Source: Patescibacteria group bacterium (GTDB lineage: Bacteria > Patescibacteriota > CPR2 > UBA1875). From it: a stretch of DNA of 64,000 bases. The translations under genes and the position numbers were made by a program. Below, one piece after another: positions 48,691-58,375 of this stretch. The notes under the pieces were generated by a model. The model worked only from the letters and a program-made list of their open reading frames with translations. It did no database searches and had not been told where the DNA came from. Location of the stretch: NCBI GenBank assembly GCA_041737595.1, contig JBGSRK010000011.1, positions 2,658 through 66,657 of the forward strand. Direction: 5' to 3'. Every line of letters begins with the position of its first letter. The first letter of the stretch is position 1.

Positions 48691-49800
48691 ATAAAAAAGA
48701 AAAAAGGTAAGAAACGATCTTCAAAAAGCTTAAATTCTAAAAGCTTATTAAAAAATCGTAAGCTTTTATTTGGTGCAGCAATTGTTCTCGCAATTGTTGT
48801 TGTTGCAGGTTTTGCTTCTTTTGCAGGTGGTGCTAAAACGATGGGTAAAGTTTATTCTTGGAAACAAGGGAAAGTAATAAATAATTATAAAACTGCAAAA
48901 ACATCACCAGGTGCAGATTATCAGTTTGTAATGTTTAATGGATCAGACTGGGGTAACGAATATTACGGAACTTATACAGAAAAAACTGAACCTGCTTTTG
49001 GCTCACGTGAGTTATTACCAGGTGATGAAGGACAAGATGTTTTGCTTTTAAATAGTGCACTTAAATATATCGGAGGGTTCCAAATTTATACTGGGTCAAG
49101 AACTGATATAACTCAAGCTTATAGAACGGTAAGTACATTATCATCTACGTCTTTTGCCTCTTTAGTCAACAGTTCAAAATTTGATGATAATACATCAGCT
49201 GCAATTAAGGCTATAAGTTATCCAAATCTTGATTCCAGTTATGGAACTTATTTGGATGACAATAAACTTGATTCTTATGAACTTGCTAGAATCCTAACAA
49301 TTGCCACTAGTCACTGGGGAGCGCCAGTAGACAATAGTAGAATGGTCACATTCACTGTTGGCGGGAAATGTAAACCAATTTGTGCTGGTTTTATAAAACC
49401 AGATACAGCTAAATATACAAAGAAAAAAACTACTTACTATGGTCAAACCTCATTTAGAAAAAGTGGGGAAGCTCTCATGAAAGCATATCCAGCTGTGAGT
49501 TTTGCAGTCAATAAGGAAATGTTAAATGATGACTCAACAAAAGCTGGGAAATCTTTTGTTCTTAGCTCTTTGAAAGGTAATTATGCAAAAACAGTTCAAA
49601 GCATGTTGAATTTAGCTATTAAATGGGGTCATATAACTGCCTTTAAAACAGACTTTAACACTAATGGTGTTTGGGATGCAAAATCTCAAACAGCACTTAA
49701 ATCATTCGAAAAATTCTATGGTCTTACTCAAGACGGAAAATGGGATTCTCGAATAGAATATCATGTAATTCAAGAGCTTGGCTGGGCTCTTTACGAATAA
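48691..49800 (+). CDS. Exported protein with peptidoglycan-binding-like repeats (probable ATA start)
   Basis: Basic N-tail plus TM; L.PGD.G.DV..L and G.WD..SQTALKSFEKFYGLTQDG motifs; the GTG at 48631 lies inside a TTGACA promoter; AAGGGGG SD before ATA at 48691. Confidence 0.7.
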   Translation: MKKKKGKKRSSKSLNSKSLLKNRKLLFGAAIVLAIVVVAGFASFAGGAKTMGKVYSWKQGKVINNYKTAKTSPGADYQFVMFNGSDWGNEYYGTYTEKTEPAFGSRELLPGDEGQDVLLLNSALKYIGGFQIYTGSRTDITQAYRTVSTLSSTSFASLVNSSKFDDNTSAAIKAISYPNLDSSYGTYLDDNKLDSYELARILTIATSHWGAPVDNSRMVTFTVGGKCKPICAGFIKPDTAKYTKKKTTYYGQTSFRKSGEALMKAYPAVSFAVNKEMLNDDSTKAGKSFVLSSLKGNYAKTVQSMLNLAIKWGHITAFKTDFNTNGVWDAKSQTALKSFEKFYGLTQDGKWDSRIEYHVIQELGWALYE

Positions 49801-49806
49801 GGGGGA

Positions 49807-51138
49807 ATGATGAAAATAAAAAATAAATTTATATTGGCGATAATAACTGTTCTGGTAATTACTTCATTTGCAGTTGCTATAAAACCAAATACAGCAAGTG
49901 CAGCATCTTGTAAAGTAACAAATGATATGAAAGTAAGATATATTAAAGGCGGATTTTATAATTATGCTAATGCATGGGAGGTCCACCCTTTAACGTGGGG
50001 ATATTACCATTTGTTTAAATATAATAATAAGGGTTGTGGAACTTGGGGATATTCTTATTATAATGTAAGAAGACCAAATGCAGCAGAAAAAAAGACACTC
50101 TTGACTAATAAATATGGTTCTAATATTGGCACAAAGGTAAATGACAATAAATATAAAAAAACTGATTATAATAGTTGCAGAGTTTCAGGAGGTAAAAAAC
50201 AGCACCAGATAACAAATTATATGTATTCTAACAATGGGTTATCAAAACAAGATTCAATTTGGGAAAGTTATGCTAATGCTACCTCAGCAGAGATAAGTGC
50301 TAAAAAATGTAATGCTACTAACTCTCCAGTTGTTAACCCTGATTCTCAATTAAAAATATATAGTTATATTAAAAGTAAATTTAGCGGTTCAGCAAAGACA
50401 ACCACAAATAGTGCAACATTTTCTTATTCTGCATTAAATTCATATGGTGGTTATACTCTAAAAAGTATTACCGTCCAAACTAAAGGTGCCCCAGCAGGTT
50501 ATACTAATGTTGTAGGACCTAAACCAAGTGGTTCAAAAACAATATCGGGTCTTAATAAAAATGCCTCATACCAAACATTTGTTGTTGCATCTTATAGTAA
50601 TGGTAAAGATCCAGCATATACTCCAAAACTTATTTTTAATTATAAAACAAGTAGTGGTAGCTATAACGGTAGCCCTAGTTCTGATAATAATGGTTCTACT
50701 CAACCAACGGTTACTAATAAATATAAACCTACTGTAACTGCCGGGTCTAATAAAACCACATATAAACTTGGTGAAACTGTTGTAATTTCTGCTAAGGGTG
50801 TTGATGCAGATGGGGATAAAGTTAAAATCAGATTACACGTTAAAAAACCAGATGGTAAAACTATCACTTCTGGTTGGAGTGCATTTATGAAAAGTGGTTA
50901 TACGTGGAAAACAGGTACTGGTGGATTTTATTTGACAGATAAGTCAATACTTGGGGGGAAATGGAGTACTATTCCTACTGGTAAATACACTATAACTGTT
51001 GAAATTGCTGATCAACCAGGTATTACTAGAATGGGTAAAGCTTTTTCATTCACGGTAAGTAAAACAGCAACAGCAACGCCTTTGAAGGCATTCCATAAAT
51101 TACTTCTCAAAGATTACCGACTACCAACTGTTTATTAG
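49807..51138 (+). CDS. Secreted Thr/Ser/Lys-rich protein with Ig/FN3-like segments
   Basis: Signal peptide ending ASA; beta-rich C-terminus (GKYTITVEIAD). Confidence 0.7.
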   Translation: MMKIKNKFILAIITVLVITSFAVAIKPNTASAASCKVTNDMKVRYIKGGFYNYANAWEVHPLTWGYYHLFKYNNKGCGTWGYSYYNVRRPNAAEKKTLLTNKYGSNIGTKVNDNKYKKTDYNSCRVSGGKKQHQITNYMYSNNGLSKQDSIWESYANATSAEISAKKCNATNSPVVNPDSQLKIYSYIKSKFSGSAKTTTNSATFSYSALNSYGGYTLKSITVQTKGAPAGYTNVVGPKPSGSKTISGLNKNASYQTFVVASYSNGKDPAYTPKLIFNYKTSSGSYNGSPSSDNNGSTQPTVTNKYKPTVTAGSNKTTYKLGETVVISAKGVDADGDKVKIRLHVKKPDGKTITSGWSAFMKSGYTWKTGTGGFYLTDKSILGGKWSTIPTGKYTITVEIADQPGITRMGKAFSFTVSKTATATPLKAFHKLLLKDYRLPTVY

Positions 51139-51152
51139 AGGAATTAACTATT

Positions 51153-51179
51153 AAAGAGGCGCCAAGAGGCGTCTCTTTT
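51153..51179 (+). terminator. Intrinsic terminator
   Basis: aaagaggcgcc-aaga-ggcgtctctttt. Confidence 0.85.
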
Positions 51180-51193
51180 GGTATAATTAGTTT

Positions 51194-51706
51194 ATGCGTG
51201 ACGATAAATGGTTATTTTCAAAATTAGATGAAGTTTGGGATAAATATTTTTCTGATCTTTCTCAGGATAATGACGTTCAAATAGTTTGGGGGAGAAAAGC
51301 AAAAACTCGTTTGGGTTCAATTAAACAAGAATTAAGTAAAAATTTAATTCTAAATTCAAAATTAAAAAATAATATTAAAAATATAAATCAAAAAATTCAT
51401 CCTGGTACTGTAATAACAATAAACTCACTTTTTAAAGATAAAAATATCCCAGAATTTGTTATTCTTGCCACAATTGCCCATGAACTTGCTCATTATGCTC
51501 ATGGTTTTCATTCTCCGATTGAACAAAAATATGCTACTCCTCATGCTGGTGGTATTATTCATAAGGAATTGAAAGAAAGAGGAATAGGAAACCTAGAGAA
51601 AAGACAGAAAAAATGGCTTAAAGAAAACTGGCGTAATTATATTTTAGAAAATTTACCTCAAAAACCAATTAATAGAAAAAGAAGATTTGTAATTAAATGG
51701 TTTTAA
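51194..51706 (+). CDS. SprT-like zinc metalloprotease domain protein
   Basis: RLGSI..., HELAH (HExxH) and downstream PHAG. Confidence 0.75.
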   Translation: MRDDKWLFSKLDEVWDKYFSDLSQDNDVQIVWGRKAKTRLGSIKQELSKNLILNSKLKNNIKNINQKIHPGTVITINSLFKDKNIPEFVILATIAHELAHYAHGFHSPIEQKYATPHAGGIIHKELKERGIGNLEKRQKKWLKENWRNYILENLPQKPINRKRRFVIKWF

Positions 51707-51729
51707 TTTTTTCTAGAGTTTAGTTTTTT

Positions 51730-51927
51730 AGATCCTTCACATTCGTTCAGGATGACAGCCATTTCTACAAAGGATGACAGCCACCTTGTCATTCTGAGTG
51801 GAACGAAGAATCTGGATGATAGATCCTTCACATTCGTTCAGGACGACAACTACCTTGTTTAGAATGACAATTACTTCTGCTAGAAATACCAACTTTTATT
51901 GTCATTTTTAGCACGGTCGAATAATCT
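51730..51927. repeat. REP-like palindromic array, left of GIY-YIG gene
   Basis: B unit agatccttcacattcgttcagga(t/c)gac at 51730 and 51821; A unit gtcattctgagtggaacgaagaatct at 51788; degenerate A at 51901. Confidence 0.92.
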
Positions 51928-51951
51928 AAAAGCTTATGTTAAAATATAATT

Positions 51952-52236
51952 GTGAAAACATATTATGTATATATTTTAACGAACTACACAAATAAGGTTT
52001 TATATATTGGTGTAACAAATAATTTAATAAGACGAATATATGAACATAAAAATAAGATAATTGACGGTTTTACAAAAAAATATAACATCAATAAATTGGT
52101 TTATTATGAGGTATTCAATAGAGCTAATGACGCAATAGTAGCTGAAAAGAAGCTTAAAGGATGGCTACGGGAAAAGAAAATAGAGTTAATAGTTTCAATG
52201 AACCCAGAATGGGAGGACCTTTCCTTGTCATTCTGA
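51952..52236 (+). CDS. Small GIY-YIG nuclease family protein
   Basis: YYVYIL...LYIGVTNNLIRRIYEHK, FTKKY, LVYYE, EKKLKGW.R..K..LI...NPEW.DL. Confidence 0.95.
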   Translation: MKTYYVYILTNYTNKVLYIGVTNNLIRRIYEHKNKIIDGFTKKYNINKLVYYEVFNRANDAIVAEKKLKGWLREKKIELIVSMNPEWEDLSLSF

Positions 52237-52413
52237 GTGGAACGAAGAATCTGGATGATAGATCCTTCACATTCGTTCAGGACGACAGCCATTTCTGCAA
52301 AGGATGACAGCCACCTTGTCATTCTGAGTGGAACAAAGAATCTGGATGATAGATCCTTCACATTCGTTCAGGATGACAACTACTTCTGTCATTCTGAGCA
52401 AAACGAAGAATCT
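52227..52413. repeat. REP-like palindromic array, right of GIY-YIG gene
   Basis: A units at 52227, 52318 and 52388; B units at 52260 and 52351; 91-bp period. Confidence 0.95.
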
Positions 52414-52939
52414 ATTTAAGTGTTTCTTTTAGATAAACCTCATTATTTTTTTTGAGTATTTTTATAGCTTCTTTTTTATGGGCCCACCCCGTTATAACAA
52501 CGTGTTTTTCTTCTAGGGCTTTATATTCTTCAAAAAAGTGAGCAATTTCTTTTCTTGTGTGTGATCTAATATCTTTTAGATTCTTTATTGCATCATATCT
52601 TGGGTTATGAGCCGGAACTGCTACAATTTTATTATCTATTTCACCACCATCTTCCATAAACATAATCCCAATTGGACGAACAGTAATAACACACCCAGGG
52701 AAAACTGGATAGCTTGTGAGTACAATAACATCCGTGTGGTCGCCATCTTCTGCTCTTGTTTCTGGGATAAACCCATAATCTACAGGATAATGGAGGGAAG
52801 AATGAAGAGTTCTATCAAGCTTCATTACATCTAATTCTTCATCATATTCATATTTATTATCGGAATCTTTAGGTATTTCTATTACAGCGTTAAACTCATT
52901 TGGAAATTTTTTACCGATTGGTAGTTTTTTAATGCTCAA
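52412..52939 (-). CDS. ppa: Inorganic pyrophosphatase (family I)
   Basis: IEIP, KYEYD, LDR, YP.DYGFIP.T..EDGD..D, HFFEEYK. Confidence 0.96.
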   Translation of the reverse strand: MSIKKLPIGKKFPNEFNAVIEIPKDSDNKYEYDEELDVMKLDRTLHSSLHYPVDYGFIPETRAEDGDHTDVIVLTSYPVFPGCVITVRPIGIMFMEDGGEIDNKIVAVPAHNPRYDAIKNLKDIRSHTRKEIAHFFEEYKALEEKHVVITGWAHKKEAIKILKKNNEVYLKETLK

Positions 52940-53060
52940 GAAGCCTCCTTATTTAATAACTTAAATAGTATAATTGAAAGCAGAAGTATTGTAAATGATT
53001 CAAAAAGCACCTTTAAACTTATTTTAAGATTGTTATAATAGATATATCAAGGAGGGGACA

Positions 53061-53426
53061 ATAGTTTTTATCAATTTTGTAATCTGGTGGTACTCAAAAG
53101 GAATTTCAGAGTTAATTTCTTTTTTAGGAAACCTTTTTTTATATATAAGTAATTACTTTTCTATTAAAGAGATTCTTTTAAGTTTTTTTTCTCCCTGGAA
53201 AAGGTTTGTTGCAGAAAGAAGACCTGGACTTGATGGACTTCGTGACTGGATACTTGATAATATAATTTCAAGGTTAGTCGGGATGATAATGAGAATATTT
53301 ATTATTATTATCTATATTTTTACTATAATTTTGTATATTACTTTTTCTATTACTTCTTTTTTCTTTTGGGTTTTTATGCCATTTTTATTATTTTATTCTA
53401 TCTACCTAATATTTAGAGGTCTGTAA
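53061..53426 (+). CDS. Membrane protein upstream of Clp ATPase (ATA start; not in ORF track)
   Basis: 121-aa open frame (I/M)VFINFVIWWYSKG...FSPWKR...DNIISRLVGMIMR...; AGGAGGGG SD; TAATG overlap with the next gene. Confidence 0.8.
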   Translation: MVFINFVIWWYSKGISELISFLGNLFLYISNYFSIKEILLSFFSPWKRFVAERRPGLDGLRDWILDNIISRLVGMIMRIFIIIIYIFTIILYITFSITSFFFWVFMPFLLFYSIYLIFRGL

Positions 53427-55927
53427 TGGAATCATTAAGTAAAATTATGTTTAATAGAAACAAACAAACTGAAAGTGCTTCTTTGTTTTACCTAATACTT
53501 TCAAAAAAAATTGTAAGATCTATTACTATTTTAACAATTTGGGTTAATTTTTTTACATTATTATTAAAATACTTGTTAGCACTTCTTGAATATAATTATT
53601 TTTTAATAGATTTAATGTCACGTTTTAGTCCAATTATCTTATTAATTGGTTTTATATATTTTATTTTTATTCATTTCTTATCGTCATTTGAAAATAAATT
53701 AGAAATTCCAGATAACCAAGAAACATACGATATTTTAAAATATCTTGATTTTGAATCTATTAAGATAATGTCATCAGTTGGGACTTCAAATATTGACATT
53801 AGTTTATTATTTAATAATATTTTTAGAACAAGAATTATAGGTTTCGTAGCGAAAGAATTAGAACTGAATACAAATCAAATAGATATAATTGTAAAAGGTA
53901 TGCCTCAAAGTCTTACGGGGTCTCAATTGGCTTGCCTTATCTTTGATGAAGCACTAAAAATTGCAATTTCATCTAAATCTAAAATAATTACTTCCGCTGA
54001 TATTTTTTGGGGGTTTATAAAAACATCGAAAAATTTTAATGAATTTTTATCTACACTTGAACTTGAAGAAAAAGATATTAAAAATGTAATATATTTCGCT
54101 GATGTTTGTTTTTTAGATAATAAAAAAGGACTTACGGAAAAAATAAAAGTAAGAAAACCTGGTATTGCAGAAGATTGGGCATCAGGTTATACATTAAATT
54201 TAAATAGATTTTCTAGTGATATATCTTCTTCTGGAAGTAATAATTCTGAATCATTAGGAGGAAGAGACGATCTAATTTCTGAAATGGAAAGTGTTTTAAC
54301 AAAAGGTTCAAAAAATAATTGTATAATAGTTGGTCCTACAGGAGTTGGTAAAAGCACTCTCGTAAGAGTGCTTGCAAAAAAAATATATTGGGGGGAATCT
54401 GTTGATTCTCTTAATCACAAAAGGGTCGTCAAAATAGACTCAGGTGCTTTGATCTCTGCATCTAAAAATTCTGCTGAATTAGAATATTTAATCAGAAGTG
54501 TTTTTTCTGATGCAATTACAGCTGGGAATATTATCCTTTTTATTGATGATATACATGTTCTTTTTTCAGGTGGTTCCAAAAAGGGGACAATTGATGCATC
54601 AGAAATCATTATGCCATTTTTAGAAAGTTCGGAACTGAAAATTATCGGAGTTACTACAGATGAATATTATGAAACATATATATCCTCAAAAACAAATATT
54701 TCAGGTAATTTTGAAAAAATTGAAATGGAACCAACCGACGAAACAGAAACTATGAAAATTCTTGCGGATGTTAGTATGTACTATTCATTTAAATATAAGG
54801 TTCCAATTGCTTATAGTGGTCTAAAAACTTTATATACTTTTTCAGAAAGTTTGAATAATGATAAAGAGTTACCTGCAAAAGCAATTGATCTTTTAGAAGA
54901 AACTTGTTCTTATGCTAGAAATTCAAAAGTGAAAGCATTAGATAAAAGAACAATTTCACCTATTTTAGAAAAAATAACAAAACTACCAGTAGCAGAAGCT
55001 GGTGAAAGCGAAAAAGTTTTATTAAAAGATATTGATAACAAAATTTCCACTAAAGTTATAGGTCAAAAAGAGGCAGTGCGTGCTGTTTCTGATGCGCTTA
55101 AAATAGCAAGAACTGGAGCAGATAGTACAAGAAAAAAACCTATTGGTAGTTTTTTATTTTTAGGCCCTACAGGGGTTGGGAAAACTGAACTTACAAAAGC
55201 ACTTGCTTGGGCATATTTTGGGAATGAAGATTCTATGGTTAGAATGGACATGAGTGAATACCAATCACCAGGTTCTATAGAAAGATTTACAGGTAAAAAA
55301 ATTTCTGGGAAAGAAGAACTTGAAGGTGGTGATTTTGCTAAAAAAATAAGAAACAATCCATTTTCTGTTGTTCTATTGGATGAACTTGAAAAAGCTGAGC
55401 CTAAAATATTAGATCTTTTTTTACAAATACTAGATGAGGGATATTTTACTGATGGTATGGGTAAAAAAATAAATATGAAAAATACTATCATTATTGCTAC
55501 CTCAAATGCAGGTGCAAATGTAATACGTGAAAAATTAATTTCTGGTGTAGAAATTTCTGGCTTAAAGGAAGATGTCCTAGAATATATTCAAAAGAATAAT
55601 ATCTATCGCCCAGAATTTATTAATCGATTTGATGGTGTAATACTATTTTCACCACTTTCTAAAAATGATATTACTGAAATTGCAAAATTGACTCTAAACA
55701 ATTTACTTAAATCATACCAAGATAAAGGATATCTGATTAGTATTGAAGAGGGAGCACTTTCAAAAATGGCGGAAGAAGGCTATAACCCAGAATATGGGGC
55801 AAGACCAATGAATAGAGTTTTTAAAGACAGATTCGAAAAACATATAGCTGACCTAATCTTAAATGATAAAATAAATAAGGGCGAAATGTATAATGTAACT
55901 CAAGTTGAACTATATAATGAGGTTTAA
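53426..55927 (+). CDS. ClpA/B-family double AAA+ ATPase with N-terminal TM segments
   Basis: GPTGVGKS and GPTGVGKT Walker A; LPAKAIDLLEE, RMDMSEY, LLDELEKA, RPEFINRFD, YGARP. Confidence 0.9.
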   Translation: MESLSKIMFNRNKQTESASLFYLILSKKIVRSITILTIWVNFFTLLLKYLLALLEYNYFLIDLMSRFSPIILLIGFIYFIFIHFLSSFENKLEIPDNQETYDILKYLDFESIKIMSSVGTSNIDISLLFNNIFRTRIIGFVAKELELNTNQIDIIVKGMPQSLTGSQLACLIFDEALKIAISSKSKIITSADIFWGFIKTSKNFNEFLSTLELEEKDIKNVIYFADVCFLDNKKGLTEKIKVRKPGIAEDWASGYTLNLNRFSSDISSSGSNNSESLGGRDDLISEMESVLTKGSKNNCIIVGPTGVGKSTLVRVLAKKIYWGESVDSLNHKRVVKIDSGALISASKNSAELEYLIRSVFSDAITAGNIILFIDDIHVLFSGGSKKGTIDASEIIMPFLESSELKIIGVTTDEYYETYISSKTNISGNFEKIEMEPTDETETMKILADVSMYYSFKYKVPIAYSGLKTLYTFSESLNNDKELPAKAIDLLEETCSYARNSKVKALDKRTISPILEKITKLPVAEAGESEKVLLKDIDNKISTKVIGQKEAVRAVSDALKIARTGADSTRKKPIGSFLFLGPTGVGKTELTKALAWAYFGNEDSMVRMDMSEYQSPGSIERFTGKKISGKEELEGGDFAKKIRNNPFSVVLLDELEKAEPKILDLFLQILDEGYFTDGMGKKINMKNTIIIATSNAGANVIREKLISGVEISGLKEDVLEYIQKNNIYRPEFINRFDGVILFSPLSKNDITEIAKLTLNNLLKSYQDKGYLISIEEGALSKMAEEGYNPEYGARPMNRVFKDRFEKHIADLILNDKINKGEMYNVTQVELYNEV

Positions 55928-56734
55928 ATGACTGAAGAAAAAAAAGATATAAAAAATATTTTTACTAAAAAAAATGTTTTGTATATAATCGCAGGAAGTT
56001 TAACTCTTATTATATTATTGATTTTAGGGTATGGTTTTTTGAGCGGTAAATCTATAAAAAATTATGCAGTTAATTCACAAAAGATGATTGATAATACAAA
56101 AGATTGGGATAACTTATTAGATAGTGAAGAAGATCTTTCATCTATGAAAAATAAAATAGAAATTATTAAAAATAATTCAGACCGATATGTAGTAGAACTA
56201 GGTGAAGGTAAAAAACAAAAAAAAATAAAACAATTAAACGATAATTTAATTGAATATTTTACTTTAGTTTCTAATGTTTCATCTGAAACATTAGATATAA
56301 TTGATTGGTCAATTGATATAGAAACAGCAACTAAAAACGCAAATGTTTTATCTACACTTGATTCTTCATCTACGGAAACAATTGTCGTTTCGCTTGAGTT
56401 GACTAAAAAAAATACGGAAAACACAATTTCTAAATTAAAAAAAATTAACCCACCGGCTAGTATAAAAACCTTTCATAATTCATTTATAAATACTCTTTCC
56501 GAAACGACATTAATATATCAAAAGCTGATTGATGCAATTAAAACAAATAATGTTGATGTTCTTACTTCTATTTCTTCAGAACTTTCATCTATTGAAATAG
56601 ATTTTGGAGATATCCCTTCTCCTGGTGAAACCATAGAATCAGAATTTAAAAGTGATATTGAAAAATCAAATAATCTAGAAAAAGACATTCAAACAGAAAT
56701 TGACCTATTAAAAAATACTATTTTTTCTTTTTAA
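55928..56734 (+). CDS. Membrane-anchored helical protein, unknown function
   Basis: Single N-terminal TM followed by a helical/coiled-coil region. Confidence 0.7.
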   Translation: MTEEKKDIKNIFTKKNVLYIIAGSLTLIILLILGYGFLSGKSIKNYAVNSQKMIDNTKDWDNLLDSEEDLSSMKNKIEIIKNNSDRYVVELGEGKKQKKIKQLNDNLIEYFTLVSNVSSETLDIIDWSIDIETATKNANVLSTLDSSSTETIVVSLELTKKNTENTISKLKKINPPASIKTFHNSFINTLSETTLIYQKLIDAIKTNNVDVLTSISSELSSIEIDFGDIPSPGETIESEFKSDIEKSNNLEKDIQTEIDLLKNTIFSF

Positions 56735-56737
56735 ACC

Positions 56738-56878
56738 GAGACCGTTAAAAAAATCTCCGAAAAGTCATTGCGAGGAGTATTTTTAGTAAAATACGACGTG
56801 GCAATCTAACCCTTAAGCATGAAAGAGATTGCTTCGCAGGCTCGCAATGACGTTAGAAAAACTTTTTTCAATAGTCTT
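56738..56878. mobile_element. MITE-like element, copy 2 (inverted relative to copy 1)
   Basis: Shares gtcattgcgag, cgacgtggcaatctaaccc and agattgcttcgcaggctcgcaatgac with the reverse complement of 37855-38003; decayed TIRs. Confidence 0.8.
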
Positions 56879-56927
56879 AAACTAATTGTCTACTTGAAAT
56901 ATTATGCTGATGATATAATCTATTTCT

Positions 56928-57962
56928 ATGGAACAAAATTCAATTTATTTACTTATTTCCGTTATCGTTATCGGGTTTGCTGTGATAATTGTTTTTATAA
57001 ATAAAAAATTATCAGATATTTCTTCGGGTAAATCCGAGACTAATACCGATTTTTTTAAGGATCTTTCAGAAAGGCTAGATAGAGGTCTTACTGAACAACG
57101 CCAATCAAGTGAACGAATAATCCAAAATGTTACGGAAAAACTGAAAGATTTAGAATCAACTAACAAACAAGTAGTTGGGATTGCAGATCAACTCCAAGGG
57201 CTTGAAAATGTACTTAAAAATCCTAAACAAAGAGGTATTTTAGGCGAATACTATCTTGAAACACTTCTTAAAAATTTATTCCAGCCAAACCAATATCAAT
57301 TACAATATAAATTTAAAGATGGCACTATTGCTGATTCTGTTTTATTTGTTAAAGATAAGAAAGAACCGCAGTCTATAATTCCAATAGATTCTAAATTCTC
57401 TTTAGAAAATTATAATAAGCTCGTAGTTGAAAAAAATGAAACAAGACGTGCCGAGCTAGAAAAAATATTTAAACAAGATTTAAAAAATAGAATAGACGAA
57501 ACAGCCAAGTATATTAAACCGAATGAAAATACTATGGATTTTGCATTTATGTTTATTCCATCCGAAGGGATTTATTATGACCTTTTAGTTAGTCAAGTTG
57601 GGGCTGTTAAGGTTAATACAAGGGATCTAATCGAATATGCTTTTAAAGAGAAGAAAGTTATAATAGTTTCTCCAACCTCGTTTGCAGCATATCTTCAGAC
57701 CGTTTTACAGGGTCTTAAAGCGCTTTCTATAGAGAAGTCTGTAAAAGAGATCATTCAAAATGTTCAGAAGCTAGGAACCCATCTGAATGCCTATGAAGAC
57801 CATATGAAAAAAGTTGGTGCTCATCTTTCAACAACGGTTAATGCTTATAACACAGCTGATAAAGAGTTGGGTAAAATTGATAAAGATGTAGTTAAAATTA
57901 CTGGCGGGAATGCTCAAATAGGGCATGAAATATCAGAGATTGATAAACCTCATACGGATTAA
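56928..57962 (+). CDS. rmuC: DNA recombination protein RmuC
   Basis: N-terminal TM, NPKQRGILGE, IDSKF, DFAFMFIPSEG, VSPTS. Confidence 0.93.
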   Translation: MEQNSIYLLISVIVIGFAVIIVFINKKLSDISSGKSETNTDFFKDLSERLDRGLTEQRQSSERIIQNVTEKLKDLESTNKQVVGIADQLQGLENVLKNPKQRGILGEYYLETLLKNLFQPNQYQLQYKFKDGTIADSVLFVKDKKEPQSIIPIDSKFSLENYNKLVVEKNETRRAELEKIFKQDLKNRIDETAKYIKPNENTMDFAFMFIPSEGIYYDLLVSQVGAVKVNTRDLIEYAFKEKKVIIVSPTSFAAYLQTVLQGLKALSIEKSVKEIIQNVQKLGTHLNAYEDHMKKVGAHLSTTVNAYNTADKELGKIDKDVVKITGGNAQIGHEISEIDKPHTD

Positions 57963-57966
57963 TAAT

Positions 57967-58374
57967 ATGAGCGGAGAGCTTTTTACTAAATCAATTTTTT
58001 CTGATAAACAGCCCTCTTTCGCTACTCATATTTCAGTAATGTCTAGACATACCCAGAATGATGGGATAACTCCTGATGTTAGAATAAAAGAAGGTGAATC
58101 TTTTGATGAGTGGATAAAAGAATTGGCCCCGCCAGATAAACTTGTTGGAGCTTATTATAGAAATGAGTTATCCTGGGATGATTATGAAATAAAGTATCTT
58201 GATTATTTAAGAACTGATGAAATTTCAACTTTTGTTAATAATTTCGCAAAAAGATGTACAAAAGAAACTATAACTTTATTATGTTCAGAGCAAAGTGCAG
58301 AGAATTGTCATCGAAGAATATTAGCAGAAGAATTGCAAAGAATAGAACCTAGTTTACAAATAATACACAAATAA
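57967..58374 (+). CDS. DUF488 (YeaO-like) protein
   Basis: W.KELAP, W..Y...Y, ITLLCSE...CHR.IL. Confidence 0.85.
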   Translation: MSGELFTKSIFSDKQPSFATHISVMSRHTQNDGITPDVRIKEGESFDEWIKELAPPDKLVGAYYRNELSWDDYEIKYLDYLRTDEISTFVNNFAKRCTKETITLLCSEQSAENCHRRILAEELQRIEPSLQIIHK

Positions 58375-58375
58375 T

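Noticed and set aside
51730-52413. CRISPR array
   Set aside because: Spacers are identical rather than unique, units alternate in orientation, and there are no cas genes; this is a REP-like array
52104-52419. ORFs 52104-52361 (-) and 52237-52419 (+); likewise 56819-57004
   Set aside because: Translations of palindromic repeats or the MITE with no protein features
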